A stretch of 64,000 nt of DNA from Octopus vulgaris (taxonomy: Eukaryota). Shown piece by piece: positions 13,467-27,546 of the stretch. The notes under the pieces were generated by a model that was not told the DNA's origin, searched no databases, and saw nothing but the letters and a program-made list of their open reading frames with translations. Within the stretch, counting starts at the first letter, position 1. Each line of letters begins with the position of its first letter. Made by a program: the position numbers and the translations under genes. Where the stretch lies: NCBI GenBank assembly GCA_951406725.2, contig OX597834.1:1116001-1180000 (forward strand), written 5' to 3'.

Positions 13467-15128
13467 CTAGCAGTATCGCCCGGCGTTGCTCGGGTTTGTT
13501 TCGACCCGCTGGAATTGTAATTTTGAAAAGTAAAAATTTTGTGAACATTTTTCTGGTCGAAATACACCGAAAAGTGGCGACACAGCAGTGAAAAAATCGT
13601 AAAAAATAGGGATTTTCATAGAAAAAAGCATCTTTTTGATGTAAATAATTTTTGGTGTTAACATGGTCCGATTTGAATTTTATGTTCTATGGAAGGAAGA
13701 GCAACCCTTCTTCTACCATACTCTCAATTTTGGTCAACTTGCGCCGCAGGGTCTCGGAGGAGATAGTGTTAGTTGAAGGTTACCATTCTAGGTGCCTGAG
13801 TAACAACCTCGCGGATTTACAGATAAATGAATTAATTACTATTTTACAGAATAAAATTAAATAATTCTTGAAAATTAATTAATATTAATATTTTTTGAAC
13901 AAAGTAAATAATTTTTAAAACTTAAATAATAATTTTTTTTACACAAACGCGAACGGGGAAAAGGGGTGGCGAATTCGATTTACATACCTAAATTTTTTCT
14001 TTTTCATGACATTGTAGCAAAATAGTAGTGAATTATATAAATACCAGCAGTACATTTTTTTCTGGGGTATTTTTTTTCAACCTCGTCACATATTTGCCCC
14101 TTTCAATTTAAACAAAGTCTTAATTAAGCAATTACGGCAGCTTAGCAATGGTTTCAATACAGGCGTGACATGTGTATCTCAATTGTTCAAAACCCTTCGA
14201 ATTTTTTCGCACGTGATGATATCATAGTGAAAACTTTCAATTACGCGCGCTTAGAAGTACGCTCGCAAATTAATACTACCAAAATTTTGGAGTTCGTTCT
14301 CCGCTTGTGTGTGTGTGTGTGTGCGTGCTTTAGGTGTACGTAGGTATGTGTTTTTGTGTGTGTGTGTCACTGAAGCCATACATACATATATACATACATA
14401 ACCTCTCTCTCTCTTTTCTCTCTCAGTCACTCACTACAAAAAGTGAATAAAAAAAGTTCAGTTATTTCTGTCTTTCACTCTGTCTGTCTCTTTACACACA
14501 CTAACAAAAGCACTTCACTTACACACCACACTTTCTGTGTCGCACAACCCATCAAACACACACACACACACACACACTCACGCACGCACACATGTACATC
14601 AATGCTTTCGGAGTGAAATGTTAAAATATTGAGTTTTCTCGAATTTTGTCCTAATTGGGGGTGAAATTGAAAGAAATATATTATGGCATGACCGAATGGA
14701 GTACTTTGAAAAATCTTAGGTAAACTCTAATTGAAGAAATTGTGTGAGGAGTAAATCGTTATGTATTTATTTGTTTCTGTTTGCTGTGTTTTTTTATTTT
14801 TTGAGTAGTGGTTTAAATACTTTCAGTTTAGTCTTCCTCAAATCACTCTGTCGCTATTTACTTTCATTTTATTCGTTGCACACTGTGTGTGTGCGTGTGC
14901 GTGTGGTGTAAACCACATTAAGAAAAGCATTTGACATACACACCAGAATGTGAGTTTTCTGTAAATTTTGCTTAATTGGAGTTTAAATTTTAAAAACTGG
15001 ACCTGGCATGACCCGATGCATTCTACTCTTAAAAATGCTAGGTAAATTGTAATTGAAGAAATCCTATATTGTAGATTTCTATAAGTTACAAAGGGAGGCA
15101 GATAAAATCTGCCTTTTATAATAAGAGA
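13467..15128 (-). mobile_element. Non-autonomous Helitron, 1.66 kb
   Basis: Minus strand begins TC, ends with hairpin CCCGAGCAACGCCGGG then ATACTGCTAG, sits between A and T; internal diverged duplication ~14630-14745 / ~14950-15065. Confidence 0.85.
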
Positions 15129-15130
15129 TA

Positions 15131-15163
<33 letters not shown>

Positions 15164-15535
15164 TACTCTTTTTACTCTTTTACTTGTTTCAGTCATTTGA
15201 CTGCGGCCATGCTGGAGCACCACCTTTTTTAGTACTTATTCTATCGGTCTCTTTTTGCCGAACCGCTAAGTGACGGGGACCTAAACACACCAGCATCGGT
15301 TGTCAAGCAATGCTAGGGGGACAAACACAGACACACAAACACACGCATACATATATATATATACATATATACGACAGGCTTCTTTCAGTTTCCGTCTACC
15401 AAATCCACTCACAAGGCATTGGTCGGCCCGGGGCTATAGCAGAAGACACTTGCCCAAGATGCCACGCAGTGGGACTGAACCCGCAACCGTGTGGTTGGTT
15501 AGCAAGCTACTTACCACACAGCCACTCCTGCGCCT
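15164..15535 (-). mobile_element. tRNA-derived SINE, near full length (dominant family in window)
   Basis: Reverse complement of the 61765-62192 copy: GGCGCAGGAGTGGCTGTGTGGTAAG head, B box GGTTCAGTCCC, internal microsatellite, AAAGAGT tail. Confidence 0.9.
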
Positions 15536-15622
15536 ATATATATATATAATTAGACAAAATGAGATAACAAAGCCAAGGCTATGAGTTTGCAGGATATTTA
15601 TAAAGAAAAAGATATAGATATG

Positions 15623-15670
15623 ATCTTACAGCTGTTTCTGGAATATTATGGATATCCCTTCATCAGAGAT
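15623..15670 (-). ncRNA. Type I hammerhead ribozyme, intact
   Basis: Minus: atct CTGATGA agggatatccataatattcca GAAA cagctg TA agat. Stem I atct/agat, stem II ggatat/atattc, palindromic stem III, GUA cleavage triplet. Lies in a ~280-bp segment (15548-15830) between (TA)n and (CA)n. Confidence 0.85.
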
Positions 15671-15831
15671 GTTGTGAGATACTTATTTAGAGGTAAATAT
15701 TTGATTTCGAAATAAGGAATTATTATGGAAAAGGCTGAAATAAGGAATATAGAAGGAAATATGAGAATGAAAGTAGAAATAGAATATAAAATATATAAAG
15801 ATATTGTAGTTGCAGTTCCATTATATACACA

Positions 15832-15904
<73 letters not shown>

Positions 15905-15931
15905 CACACACACGCACATACACACACACAC

Positions 15932-16206
15932 ATTGAATTTGATTATGGGAAATATTTTGAATATGCAAATAAAGGTCCTATTATGCCGGCCACAATCTAA
16001 TGAGATAAACGCCCTTCTGTTAAACATTCACTGATATTTTATCACCTGAAGAAATGAATCTATGAAGATGATCAACCCGATGCCTACGGATACTACGGAC
16101 TACACTGTAACCGTCCTAGTAATACGGTCCGTCATCTGAAGAGACATACTATTGGTGGAAACGTGCATAGCTATACATTAAATGTTTCCAAATGCCATCT
16201 AGGGAT
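15932..16206 (+). mobile_element. Decayed PLE 3' end with broken hammerhead
   Basis: CTGAAGA...GAAA cgtgca TA at 16136-16169 (CpG-decayed cgcgcg); downstream cattaaatgttt..aaatgccatc is shared with 32372-32425 (minus); ends in (TA)n. Confidence 0.5.
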
Positions 16207-16453
16207 TATATATATGTATATGTATGTATCGGACCCGCTAGCAAGGACCTTGAACTAAGACTGAGAAAAGAAAAATAAAGAAGGTAATGTTGGCACCTGC
16301 AGCGAGCGAATATTATGTCTTGGCCGGGATCATAGCAAACGCTACAAGATTGGGTTCTGTGTTGTTGAGAGATGGTTACCGACATATAGAAATACATCTA
16401 CGCATTCAGAAAACATGTATAATATTCAGGAAGCTTGAAAAGAGAATCTAGGC

Positions 16454-16803
16454 CAGGGTGTCTCAACCATTTTTTTTATCTATGGACCCCTTTGATTATT
16501 ATTTTGCTCTGGTGGACACCCTTAGCTATTTGATGGTTAAAACTAGTTTTATAGAAACTTTTTTGAAAATTCCTATTCTGCTTTTCACCACATTAACCTG
16601 TGCTGGTTGAACTATGTCGTCAGACGTTCGAGACAGGAACCAACTGTTTCTTGCTATACATACCAATACATACAGCTAAAACAAATTTCTTTCAGGGGCC
16701 TTTAAAACTCTATTGTAGGCAATTTACTATTTTGTTCCGTGGACCCCACAAAACCTTTATGGAATCTCAGGGGTCACATGACTCTCGGATGGAGAATTTT
16801 GGG
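16454..16803. mobile_element. Degenerate hAT/Charlie-like MITE
   Basis: Starts CAGGGTGTCTCAACC, has repeated GGACCCC subterminal motifs, right end decayed. Confidence 0.45.
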
Positions 16804-17217
16804 AATATCTTACTGTGTCATTGATAGATTGGATTTGGAGAATCTGCGCCAGATTCTTTTGCTGTCTTTTGCTGGTTTTTGTGCAAATTTCTTGGTACAT
16901 AATCTAATGCATCCATGATGATAGATTCGAATGAGAATTCAAAATCAGCGCACAAGAGCAGTATGTTCCACACTAATTCCCCACAAATGTTCTCCTGGAC
17001 TTTTCATTGTCCTCCATTCACATTTGCTGGGCAGCAGCTGACCTCTACATCAGTGCAGGATGTTTCTTCCCCTGTCCCACAGAACAATATCAGGTCTGTT
17101 ATGTTTGCAACAAATTGAATGATTTCTTTGGGTCATTCTATTATTATTCCTTGTTTTTAAAGGTGTGAATACCTGCTGGTTCTGACATGCCTTTGATGTA
17201 CACACCAGGGCATTTGC

Positions 17218-17220
<3 letters not shown>

Positions 17221-17250
<30 letters not shown>

Positions 17251-17360
17251 TGTATGTATGTATGTATGTATGTATGTATGTATGTATGTATGTATGTATG
17301 TATGTATGTATGTATGTATGCATGCATGTATGTATGTATGTATGTATGTATGTATGTATG

Positions 17361-17394
<34 letters not shown>

Positions 17395-17502
17395 TGTATG
17401 TATGTATGTATGTATGTATGTATGTATGTATGTATGTATGTGTGTATGTGTGTATGTATGTATGTATGTATGTGTGTATGTATGTATGTCTGTATGTATG
17501 TA
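17221..17502. repeat. (TATG)n microsatellite
   Basis: Directly visible. Confidence 0.97.
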
Positions 17503-18445
17503 CCGATCTACCTACCTACCCATCCATCCGTGAGTTCTATAGAACAAACATCAGATTTAAAACGAAAATCAGAAAATATCTTCTAAGATAAACATTTTGT
17601 ACTCAGCGTTCATATCCATGGCTGTCTTTTGAAAGAAGATGAAACGAGTATTTCCTTCCTGTTAAAAATATAATTATGACGATACAGTTATCATCTTCCG
17701 TTTGCTTACAGCCATAAAAAAGACACTATATAGTACTGTTATTTGTAGGTGTGTTGTTTACTTACAATAATTCCTGTGTTGGGGCAGGGCTTTAAAGCCA
17801 CCTCTGCCTCTCCATAGCCATTTATGTATCAATGTTTCTCGGCATTTATTGTAAACAAAACATAGTTTTCGGCGATATATCAATTAATATGGAGAAAAAT
17901 TTGAAGTATCTAAGTATGGAAAAATCTTTGTGCTGAACGACTTGAAGGAACAGACATACACCTAACACACACACACACACACACACACTTACATACATAA
18001 GTATGTGTATGTGTATTTGTAATATTCTCACACAAAACATACTCACACTCACACAAAGAACCGACCACCAAATTCTGCTATCCTAGTATATTTTTGTCTT
18101 AAATCAGTTATACATTCATATGCATATATTTGTATGAATGTATGTGCGTGTGTATATATATATATATATACACACACAATAGATTTATTTACGATTGTTT
18201 TATAATAGCTATTTATTGTAAATGGAAGTCGCAAACAGCTTCATTGAAGGGCAGTGAACTGCAACGAAACAGTTGATTAGGAATCTCTCTCTCTCTTTCT
18301 CTCTCTCTCTCATTTGCTCATCAATATCATAGAAAGAATGTGTATTTAATCAATAATGAAACCTTGTAATGCTTGAATTTATTTCAGTTCTTCTTACTTA
18401 CTCTGCGATGCGCATCACACACATACGCACACACACACACACACA

Positions 18446-18489
<44 letters not shown>

Positions 18490-18491
<2 letters not shown>

Positions 18492-18900
18492 TAAAGAAAT
18501 TGGAGTCAAGAAGGAGTACAGTTGGACATTTATTCATCATTCGCGACAATTGTTTCGACGCAACGTAGTTCTCCAAGAATACAAGTATGCCATTATGCAA
18601 CTGGTTGTTTGCAAAATGAGATTCCGTTGTGTTTCCTCAGGCGATATACGAGAGTTGTCTGAGCTACTTTAAAATCTCCGACTTCAAAGCCATCTCTTTT
18701 CATTGTGGTTTGAATTTAGTAACGGCTGAAAGACCCGTGGTGTTTGCCGCGGCATTGCATTTGTCGGACTGCTATGAACCGTAGTAGGTTGTACCAGTTG
18801 GCATTTAAATGCGATTGGTCTTCTATTTGTTTGTATCTCTAGTCTGTTCTTCATGGTTGACTACTCATGTGAATCTCTTTGGGTGACCTTTAGTATTCAG
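18490..18900 (-). mobile_element. PLE 3' remnant between (CA)n tracts
   Basis: Contains the hammerhead at 18541-18644 followed by AATAAA; upstream frameshifted KFKPQ / MKRDGFEV resembles the PLE GIY-YIG C-terminal P.MNRD.G motif. Confidence 0.6.
18541..18644 (-). ncRNA. Type I hammerhead ribozyme with 77-nt stem II
   Basis: Minus: tcgc CTGAGGA aacacaacg...cgttgcgtc GAAA caattg TC gcga. Stem I tcgc/gcga, palindromic stem III, GUC triplet; two mismatches in stem II including its first pair. Confidence 0.8.
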
Positions 18901-19126
18901 TTATCGGATACACACACACACACACACACACCTATGTGTATATGCTTATACACATATATGCACTCACATATACATACACACATACATTCCCGTACATACG
19001 CGTATATACATACCTATATTTAGGCAATTGTATATACATATATACACATATGCGTACATATATACATACATCGGTTAACATATACACTAATATATATATA
19101 TATAGATATATATATCCTTTCGCATT

Positions 19127-19170
<44 letters not shown>

Positions 19171-21309
19171 CACCTTCATACACTTTGGTAAGTATGTAAA
19201 CCTTCTTGACTCCAAATTCTTCGATTTTACATTCACACTCGACGAATGGCCAAACTTAAACTTGGAAGAATATTATAATGCTGCCGATAGAACTGGGTAA
19301 GTCTAAAGGTGGACGAGCTTTATTCTAACTCGTTCCTCACTGAATAACTTTTTACCCATTTGTAGAAATATTCTTGGAATATTTTTTGTGCCACTCTGTC
19401 TCTTTCTTCTACTTTGCTTCTCTTAATTTCCTTTCTCCTCTCTCTCTCTCTCGTCCTACTATCACGTGACCCGTGACAACCTAAGGCGGTGTCAGTCTTT
19501 CTCGTGTTTCCTTCAACCCCCCTGGACACGGTTTTCTCACCTCCTCCTCACACTACCTCTTCCGTGTATTGTCCTTTAGCGCAGTTTTCAGTTCTCCTTC
19601 ACGTTACCCATTTTTGTCTTGTCTTGCAGTCCTAAGGCTTTACGTCGAATATTCATTATCATTATAAATGCTTGTCTTCGTGTGGCCCTAAGCCTTTATT
19701 CTGTTTATTGTTTTGTGCCCCGTCCGTCCCCTAACGGTCCTCGTCTCGAGCCCGTTTCGTCTTGTTATGTTTAGGTCCCATTTCCGGCAAGTTTCTTGTC
19801 GGTGCCTGCAGAGTAGAAGCAACATTATCGATAATGGCTGAAGTGGCGTTTGACTCCTTTGGCCAGAAACTGATGAAGAACTTGTGACCTTCTGTTTTCT
19901 TTACCACACGATTTTTTTTTAATGTATACAGGTAGGTCATATTTTTCCGTTTGTTGTTTCTTTAATTAATCCTGAACAGATATGTATACATATATATATA
20001 TTCATAACAACCTGAAAATTGGAGTGAATGGTATTAAACTTATACCATGGTTTACAATCATATCGTTAACGTGTAACAAATCAAATTTCATTCATGAACA
20101 CAAACAGTTATGAAGTCGTGATCGTTATGTAACATACTTTCTATGAGAACCGTCTCAGAGCCATTTTGTCTTAATCGAAAGAACGAATGTAACAGTTGAC
20201 ATCAGATATTTCCCTTAAATAATACATCCACAGAATGGTTTCGAGTGACTTCATTGATGATGTTTCTCGTTATTAGAAGACGTCCGTTTTCTTAATTCAG
20301 ACGAATTTGAAGAGGAATTCAGTGTTTTGTTCTTTGCCCATTGTTACGAAGGGATTTATATGTTGGTAAGTACCAACACGTGAAAGAATGCACAGTAAGT
20401 CCCTGCAACTCATTTCGACACCTTCTTGACTAGATATCGGAATGGACGGGTAGTGGGAATTCAAAATTATATGTTTCTGTATGGTTAAGAATTTTCAGAA
20501 ATTCTTTAAGACGATGTAGTCTAAGATATACGCGCGTGTAACAACAATTGTGCCATCTTAATGCTGGTGCAAAACGCCTTTGTGTGTCGCACCTCAAAAT
20601 GTATAATAGTCTGCTAGTTGTTAGCGGAAATAATTTCTGTCTTCGAAGAGCAAGGCCAGGTTTGTAGCTTTTGTGGTATTTTGGCTCTGGTGACCATGTA
20701 TGCGCAACTGTAAGTCCTAGCATTTAGGAATCCAACATCGTTTCGAGTTGTGTTGCGCTCTGTTATGTGGCTGAGTTAGTGATGTCTGTAGAGAGTTCGA
20801 TAAGGATTAGACATTTCTTCATATGTTCAAACGTAGTATTTTTCATACTATAAATTTCTTTACAAAATGTTTCCCCCATAAACATACAGAAAAACATACA
20901 TAGACGCACAAAAACAAACAACGAGACACATACATTTATATATAAACGGTAAACGATTGTGAAATGCGAAAACATTAAAGAAACCACTTAGATGAATAAA
21001 GGAATAAAATCAAGTTTCAATTTTAGATAACTTAGTATTTTTCTTAGTTTAATTATACATAAGTATTGGTATACACACACACACACTCATACACAAGAGC
21101 GTACAAATATACGTACATATATTTAGTACATATATAGGTGTGTGCATGTGTATATATGTATGTGAGTGTTCATGCATATTTGTATGTGTATATATGTATA
21201 CGCACACACATATAAATATATCTATGTATGTGTGTATGCTTTATATTCAAATACATATACATTTATTGGAAAATAAATAAAATACATATATATTCATATA
21301 TTCAATAAC

Positions 21310-21368
<59 letters not shown>

Positions 21369-21463
21369 CAAACATATATATATATGTGTGTGTGTGTGCA
21401 TGCGTGCATGTGTATGTATATATATATATATATGTGTGTGTTTGTGTATATATATATATGTAT

Positions 21464-21511
<48 letters not shown>

Positions 21512-22036
21512 AATATATATATATATATATGTTTACATATATGCCTATATATATGTGTGTGTCTAGAGAGAGAGAGGGGGGAGAGAGAGAGAGAGCTATC
21601 GTGGTCTAGTGTGCATATAAGGTAAAGTGAATATTTCTAAAATTATCATGAAGTTAATTGGATTTTAAAGACGGCATCGCTTTATTAGAAACGAAATGTG
21701 GAGGGAGGGTGGGGATGGGGGCGAAGTTGAATTAAAGGAAACGTGTGTGGTTGGGTGTGTGAGTGTGGATAGGCATGTATGGAGACCAAAGAGATTATGT
21801 AACATAATATATATATAAACGTATATATATATATAATACACATACACGCACACATATATATATGTGAATATATATACACACACAAAAAAACATTGTTTTA
21901 TGTATAAATTTACACACACACACATGTATGTACATACACTAACACATTCGGTCACACCCACTCATTCATATATGAATATACAAATACATATAGAGAGATA
22001 GGGAAATGATAGATTTATAGACAGATAGACTTACAA

Positions 22037-22079
<43 letters not shown>

Positions 22080-22839
22080 CAACCAAACATACATACATAC
22101 ATAGATACATACATACATATCATATATGTATGCTTATGCCTCTCCAAATACCTACCTACCAACATACATTCATGTAGACACACACGCATATAAATAGGCA
22201 CATGTATACACGCATCCGTATGTACATGTATTAAAAAAGAGAGAGGGAGAGAGAGAAAAGAAGGAAGGAAAGAAAAACAGAAGGAAAGAAAGAAAGAAAA
22301 AAGTAAAGACGAGTGTAAGTGTGAGGTTGAGAGAAGTAAATAGAGAGACGTGCACATAATCCACTTTGTTGTCAAAGTCGGGGTGGACATAGAAGCGGTG
22401 AAGAAAGAAGCCGGATGATAGCAAGTGGTTTGTGAATGACACTAGTAAATGGTTGATGTAAAATTTGTCGGTTAATTACGTCTACTTAACCAGAAAATAT
22501 AGATTGGAAATCATCTGTCTGTTCTGAGATCAAAGAACGTCAAAGATATCTTTGCTCCAAGACAATTCCTTGACATATTCTTTAGTTTAGCTTTGATTTT
22601 AATGAGATTTTTGTTTTTGGAATAATTTCTTTGTCATTTCGATAGCAATAACATCATTCAAATTTTTATAGCATTCGTAGAAATTTGGGATTGGCAGTTT
22701 GAGCTCTAAGTCCACCGAGGGCTTTCATTCTTCCAGGCACCAACGTAATATAAAAGCCAATGATGTATTTTGTCGTATTTTTAATGAATCCTATAAATTA
22801 GCCTAAAAAACTGTCAAGCCCACAGTGATGAGAGACAAA

Positions 22840-23046
22840 ATGACCCTCGCCGGGATTTGAACTCAAAGCGTAGAGAGTCCGAGGGAAAACTTGCTTTACG
22901 TTCTGACTTCAAATCCTGTCGGAGTCAACTTTGCCACCATCACTCCAAGGTCGATAAAATAAGTATCGGTTGAGCACTGGGGTGGACGTCATCTACCAGC
23001 CCTTTCCGCCACGATTTTAGTCCTTGTGGCCTATAGTAGAAAGGTG

Positions 23047-23050
<4 letters not shown>
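22840..23050. mobile_element. Degenerate SINE fragments (second family)
   Basis: ttcaaatcctgtcggagtcaactttgcc...ggtcgataaaataagta motif, shared with 35520-36270, 41770-42212 and 52335-52470. Confidence 0.6.
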
Positions 23051-23100
<50 letters not shown>

Positions 23101-24419
23101 GACTCTCATAGAATGAAGCTTGTTTATGATTTTGTTCTGAAAAACCATTACATTTCAAGCAGAACGAAGTTAAATTTTCATTGGATTACTGCAAAAAGCA
23201 TTGCAACTGGCTAAAGAAATGCTGTCCTCGATACTCGAAGGTAGACAACACACACAAAAAAAAAAAAAATAGGTTCGTTGCACCAGAAACGTTTAAATTA
23301 TAAATTCCTCATATTGCTTTTTCCACATCTCTAATGGATACCAGACGTAACAATGCCAGACGATAAAAGACTAAAACGGCTGAAAGAAGGAACAGAATAA
23401 AAAAAAAAAAAACTAAACTAAATGAAGAGGAATAAGAAATGAGCAGTTTGAGGAAGATTTGACTGAAGAGATTATTCCAAAGAAACAAATAAGCAACAGT
23501 ATCAACAATAACAACAACAACATCACTAGCAGGAACGTCTCTCACACGGTTCCAAATACTCCGGTTCGTTTCTATAATGGCCTTCTCTCGATACAAAATG
23601 GACGAACGGAATTTTTAGATTTATCCACTGTTAAAAGAAAAATATGTTTGTGGGAAAATTTGTAAAATCCGAAACAAAGAACAAAGAAGTCATTCGAAAA
23701 CAAGGCGAGAGAAATGCGTGATGTGGTGGCGTTCGTCTTTGTCTGGGGCAAAATATTGTTCAGAGTTCTTTGTAAAGATTGCTAAGCCCGATAGAAGTGT
23801 GAAGGGAACTAAGGAAGGCGAATGGAGTAACAATGTGTTGATCGAGGGAGAAATGGGTCTGGAGTTTTCAGGCCCCCCACCCCAGACAATAAACAGTGAA
23901 ATAATAGAAACAACAAAAACACACGGCCAGTCTTTGAACTAAGACTAGACTACACTTTCGCACAGGATGTAACCAGTTTCCTGCCTAGTATTACATTGGG
24001 GTTTTCAAGGGTACCTTCGAGTGTCCTAATTTTAATAAATGGTAGGAGGGTAGAATCCTTCTGACCAAATTTAACCATAAGTGTCAAGCGTGGGAGCGCT
24101 GTGGTAGGGTGTGGGGATTCGGTTGGGCTGTGTCATGCGGTGTTCTGACCAAAGTTGTGTCTTCTCACTTGCATCGGGGGTGGGCGATATCCTAAACTAT
24201 TTTCACCTTCAAGCAAATCACTTATGTTGTTATAATTATTGTTTTCTTTATATAATTTTATAATTATCTGTTCTCTTTTCATGATCGTATTTAATAAATA
24301 CACTTTAAACTCCCTTCCAAATTCGTTTCTCTCTCAATAATTTTGCTATGACGATCCCTATATGTTGTCGAACGACCTGGAGTTAACGCTTAGTGTATTG
24401 TTAGATCCCTTGTGGCTAA

Positions 24420-24720
24420 TCTTCTTATATAAAAGTGAAGTTGTGTGTATGTCTCCTACGATTTAGATTCCTAACTACTCCCACATTTTGCGGTGCAGTG
24501 TAACCAAAAGCGGGTATCTTATAGTCGTGATTCATATTGAGCCCTTCTGGGTATTAGCGCGCGTCTACGATGAGTCAACGATTTAAAAAACAAATTTACC
24601 ATAATTTTTTTTTCCATTTTTTAATGCATTTTTTTGGCTATTTTTTGGCTATAACTCTCTAAAAATGCTTATATAGTTATTTCCCTTACAAACCCGAGCA
24701 ACGCCGGGCAATACTGCTAG
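24420..24720 (+). mobile_element. Non-autonomous Helitron, 301 bp
   Basis: A|TCTTCTTATATAAAAG...ACAAACCCGAGCAACGCCGGGCAATACTGCTAG|T; 3' end nearly identical to the 13467 element. Confidence 0.85.
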
Positions 24721-25612
24721 TAAAATATAAAACTCGCCCACCTTCCCAGAAGCAGGAGAATGGTTTGGAGGAAGATCCACTAAGCATAGCCACCTGAATG
24801 CCCCTATGGCAAATAAATGAAATTCTCCCCATTATTATTAGTCTCTCTGCAATTCTAGTTGGGGTCTTTATTCTATATTCCTGTATGCACCCTACATTCA
24901 CGTAAAGCCATCACATCCCAAACCCAGCGTCTTGTTCCGTACCAATTGTCTGCACCAATCCTCTTTCTCCTTTTAGACGCTCCACTGTCTTTTCACAATC
25001 AGACCTATATCCGGTTTCTATTCTCTTCCTTTTCCTTTTTCTTTTCTCAATTAACTTTCTACAAACAAATAACTCTTTCTGCATCATTTACCAACTCTTT
25101 CGTTTCGTCTTATGCAGATTTTCTAGTTCCATTTCTATTTTTAAATACACATATTTCATCATTTATATTTTGTCTAATTTCTTTTCTTCTTTAAAATTCC
25201 CGTTCTATTTTTGTCCTCTATTCGTTTTTCAGTCTTCTTTTATAACAATAGGCAAATGCGGGATCGATTTTTCTTTCCTCCAACGCCGTTCGTTATTTTC
25301 TATACAACACTATCAGCTATTTTATCGACGTCCTCTTTCTTATCTTCGTCAAGATATTTACATCAGACAACTTAATACAGCAATTACGGAGAATATCTTT
25401 AGTGTTTTGTTTGTTTCTAAACATGGTCGTTTGTCCAAAAGTCCGGTGGGGATAGCCGCAGCAAAGGGCAAAAAGGGACAAAGTATAAAAAAACAACAAC
25501 GAACGAAACAATAAATAAATACAACAAAAGGAAACAAAACATGTTAAAACAGAAATGTTTAGTTTATTTCTGGCAAAATATTGAGATGCTTACATACCTA
25601 CATGTATGTATG

Positions 25613-25800
25613 TACGAGGGACGTTCAATAAGTAATGCCTCTAACCCACTTGCAGTTGTTTGATCTAGCTGAAATTTTGCATGTGCAATTATTTATATCT
25701 CTATAGAGTAAGTAGCAAATTACAGCTCTGAATTAATTGTGGTTTCTGATTTACAGGTGTTTGAACCGAGTCAAGTGTGAAATGGAGCCTGTTGAGTACC
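25613..25800 (+). mobile_element. mariner 5' end fragment
   Basis: TACGAGGGACGTTCAATAAGTAATGC TIR-like start, 5' UTR, then ATG GAG CCT GTT GAG TAC (MEPVEY) before truncation. Confidence 0.6.
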
Positions 25801-26324
25801 ACAATTTGACCATTTCATAGTGTTATTGAATGTGTAGTGGTGGGGAGGGACATAAGACAATACAAGAGGGTGATGAATGGGGAGAAAGTGAGAGAGAGCA
25901 TGTGCGTGTTTTTTTGTATCTGAAAGGGATGTTGGAAAAGAAGAAGGAAAGGAAGAAAGGGGAGGGAAAGAAGACCATAAATTATATTTCCTTTTTATCA
26001 TTGTCTTGTAAAAGTGTGTGTGTGTATGTGTGTTTAAGGAAGAATGGCCAAGTTGTTAAGAGCAATCAGTGCCACTTTTGTTTTTAACTTTTTGCAACTG
26101 TAAATGGTTTTTGGCTTTTAGAAATTGGCCATTTGAAATAAGAATTGTCTGGATTTCTTTTTATTATTGTTTTGTGAAGGTGTGTGTGTGTGTGTGTGTG
26201 CGTGCGTGTGCGTATGTGTGTGTGTGTGGAGTGCTTGTGAGTCTGGAAGGAGAGTCGTTGGAGAAGGGAAGAAAGAAGAAAAAGAGGAAGAAGAAATAAT
26301 TGTCTTGAGATTTATACCACTATA

Positions 26325-26359
<35 letters not shown>

Positions 26360-26690
26360 TAAATGCTACACTATGATTGTTAAATTATAAATTGAAAGAT
26401 TTGTCCTTCAATGCATGCTGAGCAAAATTTCGTAAGGTCCATACTTGAAAAAGAGACTCTCTTGTGTTGAAGTTACAGATGACAGAATACAAATTGTCAA
26501 CTACTGAGTCTGTTGTCTGATCTTCAATTGATTTACTCTAATATCTCACTGATTGACAGATAAATAAATATTAAGTTTTATCATACAGGAGCAACTGCTT
26601 CAACAAATTAAAGTAAAATGGTTGCATTAAAATATTAGAATATCCTTTGTTCAATGTTGTATTTTCAAAAACCATATATATATGTATATA

Positions 26691-26760
<70 letters not shown>

Positions 26761-26763
<3 letters not shown>

Positions 26764-26911
26764 GACAGGTTTCTTTTCAGTTTCCCTCTACCAAATCTAC
26801 TCACAAGGCTTTGGTCAACCCATAGCTATAGTAGAAGACATGCAGTGGGACTGAACCCGGAACCATGTGGTTTGTAAGCAAGCTTCTTACCGCACAGCCA
26901 CTCCTGCGCCT
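26761..26911 (-). mobile_element. SINE 5' half (dominant family)
   Basis: Matches the head of 61765-62192; stops at the internal (TA)n. Confidence 0.85.
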
Positions 26912-27546
26912 ATACAACAGTCGAACGTCTTTCATTTCGTCTTAGATTAAGCCTGCCAATTTCATTATTGCTGTGGAGATTTCCAGTTGATGTCCGTGTC
27001 TTGCACCGTTTAATATCTGTAGAGTAATTTCCTTCTACAGACCAGTCAAGAACCTCAAATAATGGAATTAGGACTAGTACAAAAATGCATTGTGGGATAT
27101 TGTCCTGTAAGAGGAGAGTTCCGAATGCCATATTGTTCTAAGTCTGGTGTAATATTCTAAGGTCACACTTCCTTTATTCACAATGTCTTCTTCTGACGTT
27201 TTCACCAATTTCTAGATACCTGCAGCATTATAAATGTATATATGCATGCACGTTTGTATGTATGTATACATGTACGTATATATTTATATAAATGTATGCA
27301 TCTTTGTATGTGTGTATGGGCGCTCATATTTATGCATGCCGTATACATACATGCATACATACATACATACATACATACATACATACATACATACATACAT
27401 ACATACATACATACGTGTGCGTGTGTGTTTGTGCGTATATATATATGTCATAGGGTCGATTTTCCGACTAAAGCCCTGCAAGGCAGGCTCCAACATGACC
27501 GCAGTGAAATGAGCGAAACAAGTAAAAGATAATATATATACATATG

